Positions 56,201 through 64,000 of a DNA stretch of 64,000 nucleotides are shown here, piece after piece. The position numbers and the translations under genes are program-made. The notes under the pieces were generated by a model. That model ran no database searches. It was not told the origin of the DNA and worked only from the letters and a program-made list of their open reading frames with translations. How positions within the stretch are numbered: position 1 is the first letter of the stretch; each line of letters opens with the position of its first letter. Origin of the DNA: the human T2T-CHM13v2.0 reference genome, Homo sapiens; assembly GCF_009914755.1 (NCBI RefSeq), contig NC_060925.1; one strand, written 5' to 3'.

Positions 56201-58414
56201 TCACCTCCACATGCTCCCTGGTGACCAGTGGACCTTTGCCTAGCCGTGGATGCAGCTGAGCCCTCTCACCTTCTAGTTACCTGGAGCTTTCCTGCCTAAG
56301 GAATAAACCAGACTCTCTAGAGCCAGACCCACAGGTGTAGGCAGCTTTTGCAAGAACAGAGTCTTGTAGCAGGGGCTGCTCCAGTTCACATTGGAGGGAA
56401 GGGAGTGTGGAGGGGCATGTGTCTACCATGAGAGTTTGGGGGACAAGTCCAGAAATTTATCAGCACCCCTCTGCAAAGTAAACCTCCTATTGCTGTGGGG
56501 TTTTTTTACCTGCCAAGGTCAGGGTACTTAGTTCCCTGATTCTACCCTCCCCCTTTCCAGCAACCTTGCCAGAACTGATCACTGAGGGCTAAGGCGGAGC
56601 TGGTAGCAGGGTCAAGGATAGGCTTGCAGCCCTAGAGAAGGGGCATGTCCACCCTAGGAAGGAGACTGGAACCAAGCCAGGGCTTTAGTCTGGGACACAC
56701 TCAGGTGCCCTGACCAGCCTAAACTCCACTCTCCAACTGGGATTGGAGTCAAGTGTGAACTGTGCATGGGATTCCCTGAGCAAAGTGGGCCCAGTGTGAG
56801 GGTAGAGGAGGAAAACAGGGACTGGCCTGCTGGGACCTCAGCTGGGGCCATTTCTCTGGGTCTCCCGGCACAGCAGGCAGGCCCTAGGTAGGTGTGACAA
56901 AGGCTGGCTGAGTGGCGCTGGGGTCCAACCCTCAAGAAGTACCTTCACCCCCAGAGTACAGGAAACAGGTCACCGAGTGAGTGGGTTCTTGGTCAGCTGG
57001 GGCTAATTCCTGTCAGCCCTCCAGGACTGTGCTCTGGCCTGGCCTGCTCAGAGGGCCGCATTGTTCCCTGGGAGCCTCTTGAGCATTTAGCTTGTCTTGT
57101 CCTGCTGGTACATTCATTGGCTGTGATTCCTGCTGAAGACATCTTCGGGGGCAGGCAGGACGCCAAGCTTGCGGGCAGGACTTGAGCTGTTCCACCGAGC
57201 AGGGAGCTCAGAGGCAGCAGGGACTCGCCAGCCTGGGATGTGACCATCTGGGGCTGTTTGCCAAGGGCAGGAGCAAGTTTGCCTGAGAAGTTCTGACACC
57301 CCCACTGGCCCTGGCAAGGAGACTGAGTGCAGGCTCTGTGTGCAACCGGAGTGTCCTGAGATTGGCTCTGTCCCCCCCAGAAACAAGCTGTGTGATTATG
57401 GGTGAGTTAATAAACTTCCCTGAGCTCTTGGCCTCCTCATCTGCAAGATGTGGGTACCAGCAGCACCTACCTCAGAGTGACTTTGGGAATATTAAACAAA
57501 GTAATGCATGAAAAGCACTTAGCTCAAGGTCTAACACTTCTCAGCCCCAGAGGGCCCAGCCCACTAACACTGCCCTTTCTCTATGCCCTCTCCCCATCCA
57601 GCTTGGATGGAATGCTCTCCCTTCTTGCCTCGGCTTCAGCACTTCAGCTAAAGCCACATCTCCCTGATGACTGCCGTGTGCTCTGGTTGTACCCACACTC
57701 CCACAGCACTCTCAGGTGGTAACTGCAGTTAGATACTTGACCACATGTTGTCAGGGATTTGGCTCTAATGGGAGGCTTCATTCCTGGAGCATAAGATTTG
57801 GGATGTTTGCTTGTTTTGTCTCCTTTGCGGACCAAAACATACTAAGCATTTTAACAAGAGTGCTTACCTGTTGACTGAACGTCCCATCCTGAGTCCTGCC
57901 CCTGGGCAATTAGAATAACCATAATTTATTGTGGTTGTAGTTATGCTCTTTGGAGATCCAAGGGTTCCAAAGATGTGCTTCAGTTGCAGCCACACCCCAC
58001 CAGCTGGTGAGCTCATGTGATTGCGACTTACCCACATTTTGCTGGCTTGTGTCCCCTCCCTCTGACTCAGAGCTCGTGTCCTTCCTCAGCTATAGTTTGC
58101 CGTGGTTATGCTTGGGAGTCTCTGGGGTGTCTCTGGGTAGACTCTTCTGCTCCAGACTTGTTCTTACTGTCTCTTGCCCATGGGTCATGAAGACAGGGTC
58201 CCTCCTGAGAATTCTGCTCTCCTGCTCTGGTGCCATGTGCCGGAGCTCCAACCCTTGAGGGCCCAGCATCTCAGGGCACACTATGACCAGCTGCCACATC
58301 ATGTACCATGCAGAAGTGTGGGTCGTGGCATCTCTCCAATCTGTGTCACACTGTGTTGTCCCAACCCTGATGGTGCTATGGTGCAGACTGCTAGCTATCC
58401 ACCGTCAGAGACTG

Positions 58415-58840
58415 CATTGTGGTAGGACACGTGGTGGCCAAGTGGGACTCTACTTTCCAGCCTTCCTTGTAATGAGGTGTGGCCATGTGGCTGAGTCTTC
58501 ACTGGACTGTGGAATGGAGAATGAGGCCGGCCACTTACAGGTCTGGGTCTTGAGTTGTTGGGCATGCTTCCTGCATGCCCTCTCCTCTTCCTGCCAGCTG
58601 GAGCCTAGATGTGGTGGGGACCCAGATTTCACTATGCATGATAACAATGGCCTGGCAAGTGGGAAAGCAACAGGGGGAAGGAACCTGGGCCTGTGAATGA
58701 CCTCAGGAAGCTGAGAATGCCAGCAGCCAGGACTGCTCACTTTGAGACTCACTAGTGTCCCAAGAAGAGAAAAACTCCTATATTCTGTAATCTACTGTAT
58801 TGAGGTTCTCTTTATAATGGGACATTAGTCTTTAACACAC
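58415..58840. mobile_element. Probable old MLT1-family LTR
   Basis: TTTCCAGCCTTCCTTGTAATGAGGTGTGGCCATGTGGCTGAGT...GGAAGGAACCTGGGCC resembles MLT1I/J/K. Confidence 0.5.
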
Positions 58841-60909
58841 ACATGGGTCCTGAGTCTCATTAAGTCCCTGGTGAGAACAGCTCTTTCTGCTTCTGCTGTA
58901 GTCCTGCACCGTCCCCCCAACCCCCTCTCTAAGGGCTGGATGGAACCCAAGGGCCTAGCTGGGGAAAGAGGTCATAGAAGCCCATTTCCTGAGTTCTTCT
59001 CTGCACCAAGGGATTTGATCACAGGGACTCTTCCTTTCCTGTAAATAGAGGTCTGGAGGACCTTTGATTCACTAGCTCATCAGACCTACCCAGACTCTGG
59101 ATTCTAGTATAGGGTCTTCCAGGTCACCTAGCCCTGTGCATCTTTAACAATGGAAGCTTGGTAATTAATGCCCCAGCATAAGTTAAGCCTCATTGGATGA
59201 GGGCATAGTCTTCCTGCTTGGCTCACCTCTGTCTCCTGCTTAGAGTGAGAAGAGAAAGCAAGCATTGGAGGTCTTTTGGATCAGGAAAGAACCCTGTGGG
59301 TTTAGTAACTTCCAGGCCCCTCTTATTGTCTCTTATAGTAAGCAGGTGATAGATGAAATTGTGCTACTAATCGAGGTTAAGAAAAAATAGTGCTTTAATA
59401 GTTCCTTGCATTTGTAGAGCACTTAGAGTTTATAGAGTGCTTTAGTATGCATTATCTGAAGCTATTTATCCCCATTTTGCATATGTGGAGACTGAGGATC
59501 CGTTACCCCCACCTAGGATATGCCCAAGCTTGGGTTAGCTCTCAGGGTTCCTGACTTCTAGCCTTGTGCTCTTATTTCTATACACTGCCAGGCTGAAAAA
59601 TGATGGTTTGTGACTTACACTCAGGAAGTTGTGAACATTGAGGATGGCTTCGAGAAGAGGGAATTGTGTTGACTTTGGGGGAGACATTTCACCAACTGAG
59701 GTCTCAGTTTCTTCTTCTGTAAATGTGAAAGACATGCCGGCCTCTCCCAGACCAAGTAGAGAGTTTGTTGTTGTCACATACCTGGTTCCTATTCCAATTC
59801 CTGCCCTTACTCTAAGACTGTAAGGTAAATTGTTCTGTGGGCTTAGATTTGTCTGAGGAAGTTGGGGTTTGGGGAGGAAGAGGTGTCCTGGGGCTGCTGC
59901 TTCCAGATGGATTAACCCAAGGTGAACCACACTAGGCTGTCCTCTGGGTGGAGAAGTGTCACCTGAGACAAGTCCTTAGCCCAGGGAGACTGGGGTGGGG
60001 GTGGGGTGGGGACTTGCTCTTTCACCTCAAGTAGCCCAGCCACACCAGGTGCCTGGGTGGAGTGTAGGATAAAGGGCCAGTAGGGAAGAAAGGTTGGTTT
60101 GACCCTAGTGCACCTGATTTTGCTGCCCCACCAATTACACAAACACAGCCCTGCACACCTGACATGAGCACACCCAGATCAAGAACCACAGACCCCAAGC
60201 CCCAGGCCCCTCAGCTTCTATAGAAAAGCAGCATGCAGGATTCAGGTTAGACACAAAGGAAAGCTTCCCAGGGTATGGGTATTAGATCAGAGACTGGATG
60301 GTGTGGAATATTCTGAAGGGTGTATGATAGTTTCTATAAACATGAAAAAAAATGCTTATCCTCTGGTGAAGGGGGTGGGGGTGGGGCTGGTAGAGACAGT
60401 TCAAGTGGACTTGCCTAGAAGTAGCTGGATGAATAATGTGTAAAACCTTACTGGTGAAAGCCTTCAAGCCCAGGCAGAAAGAAAAGCAATGAAAGAATGA
60501 AGCAAGAGGCACATAGGAAATATACCCCTTGCTTATGTCTATGCCTGGGAGTGGGAGAGAAAGAGCATTCTTGGCTTTGAATACAGAGAAGGGGGGCTAC
60601 TTGCCTGCTGGGCAAGTGGTTACCTGGGAAGCAGGACCCTTTGGCTCTCAGAACAGTGAAGTGGTGGGGGGTCTGTGAGATGCAGATTTCCATGTGTCTG
60701 GCGGTCCAGTGACATCTACAGCAGTTATTGGGACTGCCCAAGCAAATGAACACAGGGGATAGTGTGAGAAGGAAGCCAGGGAGGAGAGCTACAGAACAGC
60801 TGCTGGCCTCTGCTCCACCAAAGCAAACAAACCAAGGCCTTGGGAGAGGAGCTGAGAGGGTCCTACGGAGGTAGGATGATTCTCTGCCCCTAATTCTTCC
60901 TATCTCCAC

Positions 60910-61480
60910 ATTTTATCATGAAAAATTTTTCTCCAACATATAGAAAAGTTGAAAGACTTCTATGATGAACATCGTATACCCACCACTTAGAGTCCTCCCT
61001 TAACATTTTGTTCTGTGTTGCAGAACACATATCTACCCAACTACCCATTCCTCTATCCATCCATCGATCCCTTGTATTTTTGGAAGCATTTCAAAGCACG
61101 GTGCAGACATCAGTAGCCATTTAGGCCAATACTTCAGCATCATATCATTAACAAAGTTCAATATTTGTCACAGTTATTTTTTTCTATGGAGATAAGTTTT
61201 ACATACAAGGAAATGCACAATTCTCCAATGTGCCATACATGAGTTCTGACAAACACCTACACCTGTGCATCTCAAATCCTTATCAAGGTGCGGAACATGA
61301 GGATGACTCCAGAAAGCTCCCCCATGCCCAATAAATCCCTGCCCCATCCCCAAGCGACAACTGTTCTGATTGTTTTTTTTTCTACCAGATTTAGTTTTGC
61401 CTGTTCTATGACTTCATCCATATACATGAAATCATACAATATGTACTTGGGTGAAGGTTTCTTCCCTCAGCATAATGACT
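60910..61480 (-). mobile_element. Ancient L1M 3' fragments
   Basis: ACATATAGAAAAGTTGAAAGA and ACCAGATTTAGTTTTGCCTGTTCT...GAAATCATACAATATGTAC. Confidence 0.55.
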
Positions 61481-62262
61481 CCTGCAGTCTTTGGCAAAGA
61501 GTCTGCTTTATAAAAACCCAGACTTTTCTTTTTTTTTTAACCACCAAAAATCATGTCCCCAAATCTAATCTTCATTAAGTCTAGGGAAGCTGTGTTTACA
61601 AGGGCATGGTCAACACCCCAGAGCACTCATACTGTTTGTCCTTGATCACCTGAACATAAACAGGGCTGAGCCAAGAGACATCTGTGAGCTGGGCTGTTTT
61701 TCAGTTCCCAGCCTCCTGTTTCTGCTACTAACTGCTCTTTAGGGCACCACCTGCCCCCAGCCCCATGGGCTATTCCCACTCCAGGCAATAGGGCTCTGCC
61801 TTCTTCATGCCCTCCTCCCCCTCCCTAACAAAACCAGAAGGATCTGCTCCCAGCCATTTACACTAGATGACTGATAGTCCCGGTTACACTGTAACTGTAC
61901 CGCCTTCCACTGAGGTGTTGCCTCTACAGGGTATTGACTTGGGTTTGTCTCCAAATGCGACCTGATAGGCTCCGCAGCCCTGCGCCTCTTGGACTTCCCC
62001 CGAGGCTCATCTAAGAACAGGGAGCCGTGGCTGTGTCTCCACAGGAACGCAAAGGTGCAACTCAGCGGCACTCAGTGGGCGCAGCTTCATTCTTAGACAC
62101 AACCCATAGACAAAGTGCAGAAGACTTAAAACTGTGATGATATAAAAGTAATGCTGTGGCTCACAGAAACCTGGAGGAGGGGCAGAGGATATAGATTCCC
62201 ACATCCCTCCCAGAGGCGGGGTGATAGGCTTTATCTAGAGCTGATGCATTAATAATAAGAAA

Positions 62263-62395
62263 TAAGGAAAGGAAGGAAGGAAGAAAAGAAGCAAGGAAGG
62301 AAGAAAGGAAGGAAGGAAGAAAGGAAGGAAGGAAGAAAGGAAGGAAGGAAAGGAGGGAAGGAAAATAGATAGATAGATAGATAGATAGATAGATT
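62263..62395. repeat. (GGAA)n-rich tract followed by (GATA)n
   Basis: Seen directly in the sequence. Confidence 0.95.
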
Positions 62396-62531
62396 TAAAG
62401 ATATTGAAAGTCCCAAAGGCAGCAACCAGAAGACCCAAAATAACAAAAATTAGGAAAAGGGAGAGGAGAGGTTGGAACAGTTTCAGGAGATGTGTCATTG
62501 AAGAATTATATATTACCTCAAAAGTGCATGT

Positions 62532-62864
62532 AAGCTGGGTACAGTGGCTCATGCCTGTAATCCCAGATACACAGGAGGCAGAGGTGAGAGGATCACTTGA
62601 TGCTGGGAGTTTGAGACCAGCCTGGGCAACCTAGCAAGACTGCCTTTCTTTCTCTCTTTCTCCCTTCCTTTTCTTTCCTTCCTTCCTTTCTTCCTTCCTT
62701 CCTTTCTTCCTTCCTTTCTTTCTTTCCTTCTTTCTTCTCTTTCTTTATACAGGGTCTCACTAAATTGTCTGGGCTGATCTCGAACTCCTGGGCTCAAGAG
62801 ATCTGCTCCCCTCGGCCTCTCAAAGTGAGCCACTGTGCCCAACTGATCCTGTCTTTAATTAAAC
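62532..62864. mobile_element. Sense Alu monomer containing a nested antisense Alu monomer with a (TTCC)n tail
   Basis: Outer direct repeat AAAGTGCATGT at 62521-62531 and 62865-62875. Confidence 0.7.
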
Positions 62865-63464
62865 AAAGTGCATGTGGATGAGGCATCCACTCCCCACTAT
62901 GCCCAAGTTTATCTGTGATACGAAAGCAGTTCTCCCCTCCCCACCTTCGAGTAAAACCGAGGCCCTAGGTTCTGTGTCACAGTTTTCCCTTCACTTGGAG
63001 TTCCCTGACCCACCATGGCATGGCTTAGCGGGAGAGGCACAGCTTTTGGCAAAGGCATTTTAGGCACTGATGGGAAATGACAAATGGTATGTGTGGCCTG
63101 AGGGACCCAGAAAATTGCTCTTAGTCCATCCTGCTGGTCCCGAAGGGAAACCCTAGTTGTTCCTTTTATCAGGGCTTTGGTTGGAAGAGGGGGTGTTCCT
63201 CCTCCCCAAATGGCCTCTGCCCCTGGGGAGGCTGACTGAGCCACAGGAAGCTTGCTTCTGAAGCAACTCAGAGTGAAGGGGTTCTGGTTCTTTCTTCACT
63301 GGCTCTCTTGGCGTCAGGAGGCCACCAGAAATGGGCACAGAGCTACCTGCTGCCAGCCTGTTCCCTCCAGTCCTTCCCTTCCAGACCTAGGCTCCCTTCT
63401 CCCTCCTGCCCTAACCCTGTGGTTGTTCCTCCAGCCCCCATCTTCATCTTAACCACAGTTAGGT

Positions 63465-63635
63465 TTATCTGACTTGGCTGTATTTCAGAACCTTCTGGAG
63501 GAGTTTTTAAAAATACAGATTCTTAGGCCTTATCCCAAGAAATTCAGGTTGACTGTGCCTCGGTGGGACCTGGTTGTGAGCATTGTGTAAAAGCTCCTCA
63601 GCCGCTTCAAGCACACAGCTAGGTCAGCGGAGCCC
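63465..63635. mobile_element. MER5-like hAT relic
   Basis: CTGGAGGAGTTTTTAAAAATACAGATTC...AAAAGCTCCTCAG. Confidence 0.45.
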
Positions 63636-64000
63636 TGCCTTACCCCCAACCCTGCCTTCTTTCCCCACTTGCCTCCCAAATATGTGTTCTGTGTTTTCTG
63701 GCACACATGACATGACTTTGATTGGTAATTGATGATTTTCCACATCATCACTTTTAAAATCAGATACTCTCTGAAACGTCCCTCTGTCTGCCTACTGTTT
63801 CTACCTCGTCCATGAGGCCCATCATCTTTATCAGCAGTGTCACTGTAGAAGACTCATCCCTGTCTCCCAGAGCTGCTCCTAACCTCTTGAGGCTCTAGAA
63901 GGCAGCCCTGAGCTGGCAGAGAGTGCAGCTCTACATTTTTCTAGCCAATAGCAAAATGGTCACACTGGGGCCTGGCTCCATGTGCGTCTCGGTCTCAGCC

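Noticed and set aside
50230-64000. A second protein-coding gene upstream of SLC26A9
   Set aside because: No ORF resembles a known protein family, and I could not build a consistent exon chain on either strand.

Overview
This is human (primate) genomic DNA, not prokaryotic. It contains the complete SLC26A9 gene (SLC26/SulP epithelial anion transporter, known to lie at 1q32.1) on the minus strand, from a TATA/CCAAT promoter near 50.15 kb to a poly(A) signal at 19750-19755. I mapped a non-coding exon 1 and 20 coding exons by hand. All junctions are GT-AG and the CDS sums to 2376 nt (791 aa + stop). An optional 177-nt intron, whose donor overlaps the stop codon, gives an 887-aa isoform without the C-terminal PDZ ligand. 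Bases 1-19.5 kb are retroelement-dense: the 3' part of an internally deleted HERV-K(HML-3)/MER9 provirus, a full-length decayed L1PA7/8-like LINE-1 with a 16-bp target-site duplication (TSD) and a nested ~65-bp younger L1 tail, older L1M fragments, MER44, MLT1, Tigger3 and many Alus. Bases 50.2-64 kb are upstream intergenic sequence with old repeats and microsatellites. I see no evidence for a new gene family or a CRISPR-like system. The best leads are: a patchwork of locally templated fragments at 14.28-14.68 kb; a 4-codon uORF whose stop overlaps the SLC26A9 AUG and which a tandem acceptor could remove; a compact ARE/miR-145/poly(A) module that a proximal poly(A) signal could bypass; and inverted Alu pairs around the STAS-domain exons. 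Repeat subfamily names and repeat boundaries come from visual recognition and are approximate.
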